A DNA stretch of 63,996 nucleotides, counting the filler, from Chiloscyllium plagiosum (Eukaryota): NCBI RefSeq assembly GCF_004010195.1. It is 5 parts of one record of this genome, joined end to end, with 100 filler letters (N's around TTAATTAATTAA, not from the genome) between each part and the next. Parts side by side here need not be neighbours in the genome. Positions count along the whole stretch, not along the records: positions 11,427 to 37,078 come from NC_057714.1; 4 more parts are not named here. The stretch is one strand, 5' to 3'. Every line of letters begins with the position of its first letter. Position 1 is the first letter of the stretch. This document shows, in pieces, positions 12,116-24,664 of this stretch. A program made the position numbers and the translations under genes. The notes under the pieces were generated by a model that searched no databases, was not told the origin of the DNA, and saw only the letters and a list, made by a program, of their open reading frames with translations.

Positions 12116-12782
12116 CTTAAGAAGGAAATCAGGTGGGCAAAAAGTGGACATGAAATAGCTTTTGCTGATAAGTTAAATGAGTATCCAAAGAGACTCTACA
12201 AGTATATTAAGGGCAATAGAATAACTCTGGAAGAATAGGCCCCCTTAAAGATCAACAAGATCATCTATGTATGAACTACGTGTGATGGGTGAGTTCCTAA
12301 ATTAATGTTTTGCATCAGTATTTACTGTGGAATAAGACATAAAAGCTAGGGAACTCAGGGACATCAATAATGATGTCTTGAAAAGAGTCCAAGTTACAGA
12401 AGAAGAGGAGTTGGTTGTCTTAAAAAGGATGAAGGTAGATAAATCTCCTGATCAAATGTATCTCAGGTCATTGTGGGAAGCTAGCGAATAGATATTTGTC
12501 TCATGGACAGTCATGGGTGAGGTGCTGGAAGACTGGAGGGTAGCTAATCTTGTACCATTATTTAAGAAAGGCTGCGAGGAAAAGCCAGGGAAATAAAGAC
12601 CAGTGAGCCTGATGCCAGTTGTGGTAAGTTGTTGGAAAGAATCTAAAAAACAAGATATATATGTATTGGTGAGGCAAGATCTGATTGGGGATAGTCAGTT
12701 TGTGAGAGGTCAATCATGTCACACAAGTTTGATTTAGTTTTTTGACAAGGTGGCCAAGAAAACAGATGAAGGCAGAGTGGTC
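12116..12782 (+). mobile_element. Decayed CR1 ORF2 (linker to RT start)
   Basis: KKEIRWAKSGHEIAFA...PKRLYKYIK and DWR.ANLVPLFKKG...RPVSL. Confidence 0.8.
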
Positions 12783-12789
12783 TTCATGG

Positions 12790-13630
12790 TTCCTACATGT
12801 TCATGGCTATCCAAGAGGGGAGGGAGCTGCTTTTCCCTATGGTTAGCAACCGAAGGCCAGCCTGATTGATGAAGGCAACCTGACAGAGGAATTCAGGGCT
12901 CATGGGAAAGCATAAGATGACCTGGCTTCAGTGCCACAACAGGATGAAGCATCTGCTGTATTCCACCACATTATGTGCCACTATTTACTCAAAGCTTCAT
13001 GACCATAAGGGTGTGATTTAACATTGTAATCTTGGCATTGCACAGGACTGTCACATATAAGAATGGGTGCCAAGCATCTGATGCCTCAAGAACAATCAAT
13101 GTTTGTCACTTCATTGCAGCAATCAATGTAGCATGAGTCATACCACTGTGCTACTGGCCCTCACACATCTGCCAGGGGTCACGCTTGAAATGAAACACAG
13201 TAGTTCATGCACCATAAACTCATTGAGCTTTCTTCACAACTGGGAGAAGGTGTATGTCTCATAGTTTTTCTTTCACCAAAGGCTTGCATGGGACAAGGAA
13301 GCAACCATAAAACATGACCTCAAGATAAACCTTTACAAGTATCTCTGGCATAAACATCAAGTAATGCTTTCCTGAATTGCATCATATGTCACTCTTTGAT
13401 GACAATGAACCACTTTACAGTCAGAACCCTTCAACCCCTAAATTCCCCCAGAATGCATTGTTCTTTGTAGTAATGCACATAGGCAAAGACAGTGCTGGGG
13501 ATTATCATCTCTATCTTTTCTATCCATGCACACAAATTACTCAGATATCAATGCTGATGTCTCCCAAAGCTTTCCTTCTTCAGCAGCTGAACAATAAGCA
13601 CAAACATGCCCAGACAAGGGTGGGGAGTGT
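12790..13630 (+). mobile_element. Decayed Myb/SANT-like gene of a PIF/Harbinger element
   Basis: Broken frames give RELLFPMVSNRRP...TWLQCHNRMKHLL (12810-12970) and NNKHKHAQTRVG (~13590-13625, QTGGG-like). Confidence 0.45.
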
Positions 13631-13654
13631 TTTATTAAAATTTAACATTTTAAA

Positions 13655-14100
13655 AATCATGAGATGTGGGTGTCACTAACCAACATTTAAGACCATAAGA
13701 CATAGGAGTGGAAGTAAGGCCATTTGACCCATCGGGTCCACTCCACCATTTAATCATGGTTGATGGGCATTTCAACATTTATTACCCATCTCAATTGCCC
13801 TGGAACTGAGTGGCCTATGAGGCCATTTCAGAGGGCATTTAAGAGTTAACCACCTTGCTGTGGATCTGGAGTCACATGTGGACTAAACTAGACAAAGAGA
13901 GCGGATTTCTTTCCTTAAAGGACATTAGTGAAGCAGATGAGTTTTATGACAATAGACATTGATTGCATCATTGCCATGAGGCTAGCTTTTAATTTCTGAT
14001 TTTTAAAAAATTCAATTCATTTTTCACCTACTAAGTCCCCAGAATGTTAGCCTGGTAAACAGGATTAATAACCTGGTGATATTACTATTTCTCCACCATT
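13655..14100 (-). mobile_element. tRNA-derived SINE with LINE-derived 3' tail; contains a small CR1 3' insert at 13690-13780
   Basis: Shares ctggagtcacatg...ggacattagtgaa.cagatg with 27744-28050 and with the reverse complement of 29991-30370. Confidence 0.7.
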
Positions 14101-14979
14101 ACTCAGTGGGAGAAATGCCTGGCTTGATGTTGTTGACCACCTTCAAGGAACAGGTTACTGAACGATCTCCAGAGCAAAGGGAACTTAATGTTACTGACAG
14201 ACAGAAGGGATATCTTTTAGCCATCTTATGCAAAAACCTCCAATCTCTTACTCAAGCTGCAAATCTGAATAAAACCTTGAGGAACTGATGATAACTGACA
14301 ACACTGACATGTGTATCTGCAAAGTGTCCAAATCCCACTCCCAAGCCGGGACCGAAAAATAGGAACTCTTCCACTAGGTTCATTGCTACTTGTGCCTCAT
14401 ACCGCACCTTTGAGAAGGAACACTGAAGAGCCCTAGTTGATGCACCAACAATACCTTCCTCCCCATTTTTCACCAGTGCATAGACATTCATCTCAATGGA
14501 TGATCTATCTAGAGTTAGGCCAAGTGTTATATGATGGTGTGCTCAGGACTGACAGACAGGCACCCAAATATTGTCATCTCAGAATACAGAGAATCCTCTG
14601 CTTGGGATCCAAATGTCTCCATCAGGTCAGACTGAGGAGGTTACACATCATCCATGTGAGAGATCCACTGCAAGCTGGAGCCCTCTAGGCACGAGCCTAA
14701 AAATCGATGTCTGTCAAAGTTATCTGAAGCAAAGTGGCAAAGTAGTTATCAGGCATCCTCAAGCTCACCTATGGCTTTTGGGGTGGCACAGGACTGAGTG
14801 GCGTGGAAAGAAAGAGTTAAGAGCATTGAATTCACATTACATGCATGGGATTTACTTTCTCTTCTGCACTTGAAACAAATTGAACACTTTGTAAAACAGT
14901 CCTGTATTCACTTTCAATCTGTGAGGCCATCTATGAGACTCATGTGTCCTTGCAAATTATCATGAGAGATAATGATCAT

Positions 14980-15900
14980 CTCTCCTCACTCCATGGTCAA
15001 CCTCCCTCTTTTTACCCTGTCAATGAGCTCGGGTGAGCAGTGCACAGCAAGCAATCAATTTTCTGGAGACCTTGGCTGGAAAGTATTGGAGAACCCCTCC
15101 TGAGCAGCCAGGCAATGTAAGTGCATCTTCAGTATCCCGATTATCTGTTTAATAATGGTCCTCATGGTGATGTGGTATTGTCGTGCTGTTTAGCATCAGT
15201 TTGAGCATACCACACTGGAGTCACTAACCGTGCCTTGGGTATTACTTGTCCTTGAAGCAGCCCTGGAGCTGATGGTTGCAGTTGGGGCAAACATTAAACC
15301 AACATGGATTATGCAGAATGTAAAAACTTGATGGCTCCCTGCATACTGGCTGCACACCAGCAGGAATTGTTTCCTTTGGTTATAAACAAGTTAGACATTG
15401 AGGGGATGAAATCTTTTACTGTTCAGGAATGTGATTGGGTGATGTCGGGGACGGCTGAATGACCACAGTTGATAGCTACATCGAGAACCCAACAATGGCT
15501 GAAAATTCCATGTCTCAGACACCTTAGTTCTCTGGGTCCATGGGCAACTGAGCATACTGTATTACTTTCCTGGAAAGGACATTGGTCAGCTCGCAAAAAC
15601 ACTTCAGGATTGCCAACTAGGATATGACACATCTGTCCCTCATGAAGGAGCCGGTGGTGAGGAAGTTCAATCCTGCTGTGATCTTGAGTGTCACGGACAT
15701 AGTGCTTCCTCCCATGTTGCACAGCTGCAGATCTGCCTGCACAAGGTGGCAGACGTTAATGGCCACCATCCAGGTCAAACAAAGACACCTCTAACACTGC
15801 CTTTCAACCATCAGAAGGTAGTTGTAATGCCTTTAGTGCACCGTCTCTAGGTACATTGCTCCATCACACTGAAAACACTGATTCCTGTACTCAGATGTTG
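14980..15900 (-). pseudogene. Decayed PIF/Harbinger (HARBI1-like) DDE transposase
   Basis: Broken minus-strand frames give LKITAGLNFLTTGSF, EFSAIVGF...AINCGH, KRFHPLNV.LV, DK.YP...LVTPV and IIKQIIGILKMH..CL..SGGVLQY.PAKVS...ACCAL, in the correct Harbinger transposase motif order. Confidence 0.8.
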
Positions 15901-16128
15901 CGTCCAGCCATAGCTCCAGCTATTTGCACTTCATGCTCCAGTTCTGTTCATCCTTTCTTCCCCTCCTCTTGTTTCTTCATCTCATTCTGAACAAAGCAAA
16001 TGCACCTGCTGGGTTAAGTTAGTTAAACATCTGGCACGGCAATACTGATCTGTGAAAAGATGTAGGAATGTGATGTAAGTTTTCCATCTGAGACCTTGAC
16101 ATAGTCAATCTATCTGTTATTTTTATAT

Positions 16129-16205
16129 ACAGAACAACCTCAATTATCTGAACGAGGCGGGCGGGGAGTATTTTGTTTGAATAACGCATTGTTCGGATAA
16201 CTGAT
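16129..16205. mobile_element. Tigger/pogo-like MITE end fragment
   Basis: TA|CAGAACAACCTCAATTATCTGAAC, followed by the internal inverted copy GTTCGGATAAC. Confidence 0.45.
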
Positions 16206-16422
16206 CTGACCATAAACAAAGGAAGCCATAGTGAACATAATTATGTAAAAAAGCAGATCTACAGAGTTTTATTTCATTCAATTGATAAAATATGTACAAA
16301 CACTGGAAATTGCTTAGAAATTCATGATTTTTGACAAATAATATCACTTTTTGTGTAAATAAAACTCATTGAGATGGATGTCAGTAATTATTTTTTGAAG
16401 AAAAACATCCAGTCGCTATTTT

Positions 16423-16699
16423 GATTAGATTAAATTAGATTAGATCCCCTACAGTATGGAAACCGGCCCTTCGGCCCATCAAGTCTACACTGACCCTCTG
16501 AAGAGTAACCCACCCATACCCATTTCCATACGCTATATTAACCCCGACTAATGCACCTAACACTTTGGGCAATTTAGCATGGTCAATTCACCTGACCCGC
16601 ACATTTTGGATTGCGGGAAGAAACCGGAGTACCCAGAGGAAAACCACGCAGACATGGGGAGAATGTCCAAACTCCACACAGTCACCCAAGATGGGAATC
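16423..16699 (-). mobile_element. HE1-type V-SINE (5' truncated)
   Basis: V-domain (ggaaaccggagtacc...acgcagacatggggagaatg..caaactccacac) and an (attag)n tail. Confidence 0.85.
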
Positions 16700-17486
16700 C
16701 TTAAGGTGCTTGTGTTTCTTTGCTCCACTGTTCTTATCACAACTTTATGTACATTCAAATGTATATTGTTGGCATCAATTTTATCAATCTTAGACAAATC
16801 CAGTATATCTTTAAACCCAACATTATGTCTCACAGCAGGTAAAGGAGTCAAAATACCTAAATCCAACATGAGTTAATTTTTAATTTTGTATAGTTACTAT
16901 CTTACAATTAGCCTTTTCATCACCCAGTACAAACTTCTCACTCATCCTGATTTCATTTCATTCACCCACTTTCAAATTGAAACTGATCATCCAAAACTCT
17001 GATTGCAATTTTGACAACGCTCCCACCATTTCAAACCAGGTGAAATCCTATCCATTCTTTTGCAATCTTATTAGATTGCTGAAATACTCTTCTGACCATC
17101 CTTCCAACCACCACCACTCCACTCCACCCCACTCCATAAACATTAGACCATTTAAAATCCCATGTGGTGTTGCAGTCAACTCGTCACCCTCCTTGCTGAT
17201 GCCCTCAGATTTCCCGATTGCGATCGTCACACCAGTTGTCGGTAACAGCTCTTTGATCTAACATTTTTACGGGACCTTGAGATTTTGTTTGGATCATCTG
17301 AAATTCAGATGATTAATGTTAAGATAACCAAAGTTGTTCTGTTTATGTGTGTGTGTATAGAGAGAGAGAGAGAGAGAGAGATTGTAGGCGGTCTGTTTAG
17401 TACATTTGCTGACAACACAAGGGTGGGGAATCCGCAGACAATGAGGATTGCCAGAGGGTGTAGCAGGATATAGATAGGCTGGAGAC

Positions 17487-17521
17487 TTCCTGAAGAAGGG
17501 CTCATGCCTGAAACGTCGATT
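17487..17521 (+). ncRNA. Type I hammerhead motif (family C), sense to THSD7A
   Basis: uuc-CUGAAGA-A-GGGC ucau GCCU-GAAACGUC-gau. Stem II is closed by G.U. Confidence 0.7.
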
Positions 17522-17576
17522 CTCCTGCTCCTTGGATGCTGCCTGACCTGCTGCGCTTTTCCAGCAACACATTTTC
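17489..17576 (+). mobile_element. 88-bp Penelope-derived mini element (family C) with 13-bp TSD; begins at a hammerhead core
   Basis: AGGCTGGAGACTT at 17476-17488 and 17577-17589. Same sequence as the PLE terminus at 30581-30668 (reverse complement). Confidence 0.88.
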
Positions 17577-19799
17577 AGGCTGGAGACTTGAGCAGGCAAG
17601 TGGCAGTTGGAGTTTAATCTGGATAAATTTTGGAAGATCCAATACTGAACTGATAGAAGCATCAACATACAAAGGGAACTAAGAACACAGTCCCCTCAAA
17701 GTTGTGACACAAGTGGATAAGAAGGCATATGACATGCATGCCTTCAACAGTTGGAATATAAACTATAATAATTAGCAAGTCATGTTACAGCTGTATAGAA
17801 CTTTAGTTAGGTCACATTCAAAATATTGCATATGTATCTGGTCGTCATACTATCAGAAGGATGTGGAGGCTTTGGAAAAGTTACAAAAAAGATTTACCAG
17901 GGTGTTGCCTGGTTTGGAGGGTATTAACTGTGAGGAGAGATTGGACAAACTTGTTTGTTTTTACTTGAGGCTGAGGGAGGACCTGATAAATGTTTACAAA
18001 ATTATGAGAGCATTCATGGTGTGGATAGCCAGAGTCTTTCTTCCAATTACTATAGAATATAGGTTTAAGGTATAAGGAGGAAAATTTGAAGAAGATGTGA
18101 GAGGCATGCTTTTTACACAGAGGGTGGTAAGTGCCTGGAATTAGCTGTCAGAAGAGGTGGTAGAAGCAGATACAATAACAACACTTAAAAGGCATTTTGA
18201 CAGGTACATGAATAGACAGGGAATAGAGGGAAACTGACTACGTAGAGACAAAAGGGGTTTAGTTTGGAAAGGTGTTATGTGTTGGAACAGGCTTAGAGGG
18301 CTGAAGGGCTTGTTTTTGTCCTGAACTGTTCTTTATTCTTTTCCTTCGTTAGTCTGTTGGGTCTTTATCAGGCTGTACTTGTCCTGGATGAAAGCCAGCC
18401 CTACAGCCCCTGGTGAAGTGCATTCGGCATAACATAACTAGTTTTGCTCTTCCTCATTCTGCCATATGCAAGATACCTCTGGCCTTGTTTTTTACATTGC
18501 TTTCCATGAAAGTCATTACTGGTACTATTTGACTCCCAATGGCCTTCATTACTGCAGGCGATACAGCTCTACATCTTGGATTTTACAACCTGCAGTGTGA
18601 CTTCGTTGCCATGTCCTTACATCTCAGGTACACAGACCTGTGAGTGTACCTGTGTGGCTAAACATGGAATACCTCCCCACACTCCTCCCATTCTTACCCT
18701 CAGACACTAAGGTGTCTGAGACATGGAATTTTCAGCCATTGTTGGGTTCTCGATGTAGCTATCAACTGTGGTCATTCAGCCGTCCCCGACATCACCCAAT
18801 CACATTCCAATCAGCTCTGTTGGTGATTTTCAACTGCCCTAGTCAAAGGTTACTGAATGATGAAACAAACTTGGCAAGTTGTTGGTGGAGCTTGAAGAGC
18901 ACATTCATGATTATCCTGCATTGCCTGTCTCCCTTAAGTGCAATGTTCTTAACTGAATGTGAGCGCTCTGGTATTTTACAGTTTCTGTTTCAGTTTCTGT
19001 TTCAGTTACCTCAGATAATTGTGTTCACTCAGTCCAGAAACACATTCCGACAGATCTCAGGATCTCACCCAGTTGTAATGCATTTCTCCGTGAGTTCTTC
19101 TGAAAATCGGAAGATAGTGTTTCTAAACTTTTTGTTTAACCTTTTCACCCTCCCCCTCGAAAATACGTGTTTCCCCTCAATGTTGTTGGCCTTCTCTTTT
19201 CTGCTGGCAACCTTTCTGTCCTTCAATCCCCACTGCGAGTATCAACCCTTTCACTATTTCCCTCCATATTACTCCTCTTTCTCTGATCTCACTCCCACCC
19301 AAGTCCCCATGCCCAGCCATAATCTGACATCTGTCTTATTCAGTTCACCTGTTTTTTCTCCCTCCCTAGTGCAGAAATGATTCTATTGTCTTGCCCACAG
19401 TGAACATGCAGCTCCTACAATTCTTTGTCCCCATTCCTCCTCCAGCATTCTCACTTTTCTGTGTTTTTCCAGTTTGCTTATTTCATTTGCCTGGATCCTC
19501 CCAGTGCTCCCAGAAATCAGGCCCTTTTAAGTTTCCATTCTGTACTGTTCGTTTCCACCTAGCCCACCCTTTTGTGAACCTTTCTGTTGAGTCCTGTCTT
19601 AAGTAGAGCATCCTTTGCATCTTAGATCTTTTTGAACCCAGCATTCTTGCATGGGTCGGTTAAAGCAGTGCAGTTGCCATGCTTGGATATTCTGGATGCC
19701 TTCACCCCTTCCACTGCAAGTATTTAACTAAACAAGCAAGGCAGCCAATGACGGGGGTGTCACATGAGCTCATTGACTTGGTGAGACTTCACCCCTTAC

Positions 19800-20015
19800 T
19801 CTTTTATTTTTAAAGAGTACACTTTATTCATAAAAAAAGTCTTATATACAAAGTCAAAAACACACAGTTTGCTTCTGTACAGTAACATAGCAAAGAAACA
19901 AAAGTTGGATTTTGATTCTGACCAAATAAACCAAAGGCATCTCTTACTTGAACAAAACTATATTTTCATGCATTTGAGGCACTGGAAGGGTCTGACAACT
20001 GAACAGACCCCAATT
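19800..20015 (-). mobile_element. Possible LINE (L1/Tx1-like) 3' UTR fragment
   Basis: On the minus strand, a T-rich stretch ends in AATAAA followed by an A-rich tail. No ORF is visible. Confidence 0.3.
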
Positions 20016-21224
20016 TAACTGAGCTTACACTGTAAGCATTTAACTACCACAAGCAAGACTGCATATGTGTTAGCCTGTCATGACCTGGAGGCTTCACCTT
20101 ACACTATACATAGAATTGACTTGATTATGAAGAAGCCAAGTTACTGAAGAGGTTTGTACACATAGGGGTTTGGAGGTAAAAAGTCTAACAGGCCATGTAT
20201 TTGACTCATGGATATAATTGGGTTTGTAACCACAAGTGTTTCCTGTTTTTGGCTAATAAGATTTCATCTGTGAACATGCCTTGGAGTTGTCCGTGAGTTG
20301 AGGTGTTAATGAGTATTCATGTCACGTACTGAATGCAATAGAGATGGGGAAAGCCATCCTGCCTTTTGAGTTCTGAGAACTTAATATCAAAACTTTAACC
20401 CAATGTCAGGAAACTGAGTATTTGCCTCCTGCCAAAATAAATTCCTCCACTACCCTTCTAAATGCTTCATTGAGACTTGAAGGTTCAATCCAAATGATGC
20501 AATTTACACTTGTTCTTTAGTAACCATTAGATTATTAGAAAGACTGCTGCTTTGTGTTTGAAATGAATCAAAATGACTAAAATTGGACAATTCATTCTCT
20601 CATAGCACTTGTGTAAAAATTCATTTCATATAAAGGCAATTTCAGATAGTCATTTAAATTCATTTTGCATTCCAAAATCATTTTTTATAGATCTTTTTGT
20701 TCTGGCTACTGAGGTCTCACTATATCTGAAAGTTTCCCTGTTATCCTACCAATTGTAGTTTTCATGTATAATAGTTAATGCAAAGAGTTCAAAATTCAGA
20801 AACCAAATTGAATCCCTCCAACACAATCAGGATCAGAAAAGATTTGTGTCTGATTTTGGAGAAGTACTTCAGTAAGATGGATTGTTTAATCACAAGAAGC
20901 AGTGACTCATCGTTTGTGCTCAATGATAACATAATGAAGAGTATAGTGCAGGAGATAGACCCGTATTGAGCCACCTCATTAGCATTTGCAAAATGTCAAT
21001 CCCACGCATTTCAATCAGCACGAGCTTTGGCACCACAATGCAATGAGTAATCTGGAAACGTTATTAAATAATTCTGGTGAATACATTGCCAATTCTTTTA
21101 TAGACATATGCCATGTATTTCCACAGTTAGTTAATTATTTTGTGATGTGTAACTGAGTTGTTTGATTTTATTTTCTTTCAGTTGTGGACATCACATTCAT
21201 TTCATGACCTGGTAAACGGAAATA

Positions 21225-22075
21225 GAGTCATAGAAATATACAGCACGGAAGCAGATCCTTTGGTCCAACTTGCCCGTGCTGACCAGATATCCTAGCCTAA
21301 TCCAGTCCCATTTGCCAGCATTTGGCCCATATCCTTCTAAACCCTTCCTATTCATATACTTATCCTGATGCCTCTTAAATGCTGCAATTGTACCAGCATC
21401 CACTATTTCCTCTAGCAGCTCATTCCATACATGCACTGCCCTCTGTGTGAAAAGGTTGCCCCTTTGGTCCCTTTTATATCTTTCCCCTCTCATTCTAAAT
21501 CTATGCCCTCTAGTTCTGGACTCCCCCACTCCAGGGAAAAGACTTTGCCTATTTACCCTATCCATGACCCTCATGATTTGATAAACCCTCTCTAAGGTCA
21601 TCCCTCCGCCTTCAACGCTGCAAGGAAAACAGCCCCATCCTGTTGAGCATCTCCCTATAACTCAAATCCTGCAACCATGGCAACATCCTCGTAAATCTTT
21701 TCTGAAACTTTTCAAGTTTCACAACAATAGGAAGGAGACCAGAATTGCATGCAATATTCCAAAAGTGGCCTAACCATTTTCCTGTACAGCCGCAACATGA
21801 CCTCTCAATTCCTGTACTCAATAATCTGACCATTAAAGGGAAGTGTATCAAATGCCTTCTTTACTATCCTATCTACCTGCGAATCTACTTTCAAGGAGCT
21901 ATAAACCTGCACACCAAGGTCTCTATTTTCAGCAACACTCCCTAAGACCTTACTATTAATTGTATGAGTCCTACACTGATTTGCTTTTTCAAAATGCAGC
22001 ACCTCATATTTATCTAAATTAAACCCCATCTGCCACTTCTCAGCCCATTGGCACATTTGATCAATATCCCATTTT
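21225..22075 (-). mobile_element. CR1 3' fragment (copy 1 of a tandem pair)
   Basis: ORFs 21805-22083, 21612-21851 and 21197-21601 give WAEKWQM.FN.DK, DLGVQV and RTRGHRFR...WNEL. Confidence 0.92.
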
Positions 22076-23190
22076 AGAGTCATAGAGATTTACAGCATGG
22101 AAACAGACCCTTTGGTCCAACCCGTCCATTCAGACCAGATATCCCAACCCAATCTAGTCCCACCTGCCAGCACCCAGCCCATATCTCTTCAAATGCTTCC
22201 TATTCATATACCCATCCAAATGTCTCTTAAATGTTGCAATTGTACCAGCCTCCACCATTTCCTCTGGCAGCTCATTCCATACATGTACCACTCTCTGTGT
22301 GAAAAAGTTACCCCTTAGGTCTCTTTTTATATCTTTCCCCTCTCACCCTCAACCTATGCACTCTAGTTCTGGACTCCCCGACCCCAGGGAAAAGACTTTG
22401 TCGATTTATCCAATCCATGACTCTCATAATTTTGTAAACCTCTATAGGGTCACCCCTCAGCCTCTGACACTCCAGGAAAATCAGCCCCAACCTGTTCAGC
22501 CTCTCCCTATAGCTCAAATCCTCCAACCCTGGCAACATCCTCGTAAATCTTTTCTGTACCGTTTCAAGTTTTACAACATCTTTTTGATAGGAAGGAGACC
22601 AGAATTGCACGCAATATTCCAAAAGTGGCCTAACCAATGTCCTGTACAGCTGCAACATGACCTCCCAACTCCTGTACTCAATACTCTGACCAATAAAGGA
22701 AAGCATACCAAATGCCTTCTTCACTATCCTATCTACATGCAACTCCACTTTCAAGGAGATATGAACCTGCACTCCAAGGTCTCTTTGTTCAGCAACACTC
22801 CCTAGGACCTTACCATTAAGTGTATAAGTCCTGCTAGGATTTACTTCCCCAAAATGCAACACCTCGCATTTATTTGAATTAAACTTCATCTGCTACTTCT
22901 CAGCCCATTGTCCACTGCACCTCCAATTTTAGCGGCATCTGCAAACTTACTAACTATACCTGTTCACATCCAAATCATTTATATAAATGACAAAAAGTAG
23001 TGGACCTAGCACCGATCCTTGTGGCACTCCACTGGTCACAGGCCTCCAGTCTGAAAAGCAGCCCTCCACCACCACCCTCTGTCTTCTACCTTTGAGCCAG
23101 TTCTGTATCCAAATGGTTAGTTCTCTCTGTATTCAATGTGATCTAACCTTGCTAATCAATCTTACATGGGGAACCTTGTTGAATGCCTCC
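22076..23190 (-). mobile_element. CR1 3' fragment (copy 2) including RT C-terminal motifs
   Basis: ORF 22308-22889 gives [29 protein letters not shown] and KFAD lie upstream. Confidence 0.93.
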
Positions 23191-23580
23191 ATGTCCAAAT
23201 TGGTAGAAGGCAGTAAGTCCTCTAATGCCATCAGATATGGAAATCAAACTGAATGTCAGTTGATGAGCATGCATTACACCTGTAAGAAACCAATTGGTCA
23301 CTTCATTTGATGTTGTATTCGGGACCAATCATGCTGTATTTTGCTTCATGAAATTTTGAAGCCTTACATTGTTAAACCAAACAGTATCTTGGGATTGGTG
23401 GAGTGATGTCAGAAGTTTCCATTACCTTTTGAGAAGAATTAACTGGCATTTTGCACATGTTACGGCCAAATAAAGGGAAAACGAGCCATATCATTGACCA
23501 AACAAGATCAGAATCATTCAAAATCTGAAGTCTTTGTCAGAAACATTGTAAAATTGTTCATTTTAGTACATAGAATTAAG

Positions 23581-23992
23581 AAGTTGGCTGGACAGTCAGT
23601 TTGGTGGAGTGATGCCAATAGTGTAGCTTCAATTCCTGCACCAACTGAAGTTACCATAAAGAACTCTCTAGTGGATGGCACGGTGGCACAGTGGTTAGCA
23701 CTGCTGGAATCGCAGGTCAGATGAATTGGCCGTGCTAAATTGCCCATAGTGTTAGGTAAGGGGTAAATGTAGGGGTATGGGTGGGTTACGCTTTGGCGGG
23801 TTGGTGTGGACTTGTTGGGTCGAAGGGCCTGTTTCCACACTGTAATGTAATGTAATGTAATCTATTCTAATCTTTCCTGAGGCGTGGTGATAGTCAGGTT
23901 AAATCACTTCCAGTCCTCTCTCTCCCTTGCTCTCTCTAAGGAGAGGGCAACTGGTTTGTTAGGTCTGTTAGGACTATGACTACTTTATCTTT
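23581..23992 (+). mobile_element. tRNA-derived SINE with nested, internally deleted HE1 SINE (23670-23872)
   Basis: HE1 head ggcacggtggcacagtggttagcactgctg and a (tgtaa)n/tctaa tail. The host SINE has a tRNA-like head (agttggctggac...ttcaattcc) that continues at 23873. Confidence 0.7.
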
Positions 23993-24004
23993 AAGACCAA
24001 GAGG

Positions 24005-24350
24005 TCTTGGAAATATAGATATAGAGAGAATATTTCCTCCTGTGGAATAATCTAGAACTACAGGGTTACTGTTTAAAAATAAGGGGCCACCCATTTAAGG
24101 TAGAGATGAGGCCATTTTTCTTTCTCACTGACAGACATGAGTCTTTGGAACTGTCTTCTTGAAAAAATGGTGCAAGCAGAGTCTCTGAATATTCTTAAGG
24201 CAGAGGTCAATGGATTCTTGGTTACCAAGGGGATGAAAGGTTATCAGGAGTGAGTGTGAGTGTGGATTTGAGGTTATATTCAGATCACCCATGATCTTGA
24301 TAAATGGTAGAGCAGCTTCAAGGGATTGAACAGTCAACTCCTACTCCTTT
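24005..24350 (+). mobile_element. Old CR1 3' end
   Basis: tctagaacta...ttaaaaataaggggc...tggaactgtctt pattern, corresponding to the SRTRG...WN region. Confidence 0.65.
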
Positions 24351-24664
24351 GTGTGTGTGTGTCCATATTGTAAGAAAGCATCATGATTTTCTTACAATTT
24401 AACTTTTCAATTTATTGCAACATGAACAGCAGGTTTTGGGATAGATAAATCTCAAAGTCATCGATATTAAATTCTTATTCACACCCCATGCTGCAGTGCA
24501 GCTTGTTTGACTGATTTTAATTGTAGCCCTGTCATCACTTTTATTGTCATCATCTCCCTGATAGAAATAGAGTTAATTATAATGTTGTTACCTCTTTGAT
24601 CAGAGTAGAATTAGCCAAATCATTAACTTATTGTACAAATATCACAGAAGTGTACAATGCACTC

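Larger units (their letters stand above)
17381..18335 (+). mobile_element. CR1 ORF2 3' fragment with nested Penelope mini-insertion
   Basis: FADNTRVG and MLQLYRTLVRSH.KYC..IWS.YYQKDVEALEKLQKRFTR. Preceded by a (TG)n(AG)n microsatellite at ~17346-17380. Confidence 0.85.

Noticed and set aside
18640..19380. 246-aa ORF
   Set aside because: It lies in pyrimidine-rich low-complexity sequence with no recognisable domain, and it includes the duplicated Harbinger patch.
21182..21211. Possible 30-nt micro-exon (ttttctttcAG ... GTAAAC)
   Set aside because: The donor is weak and there is an in-frame TGA in the THSD7A phase. There is no other support.
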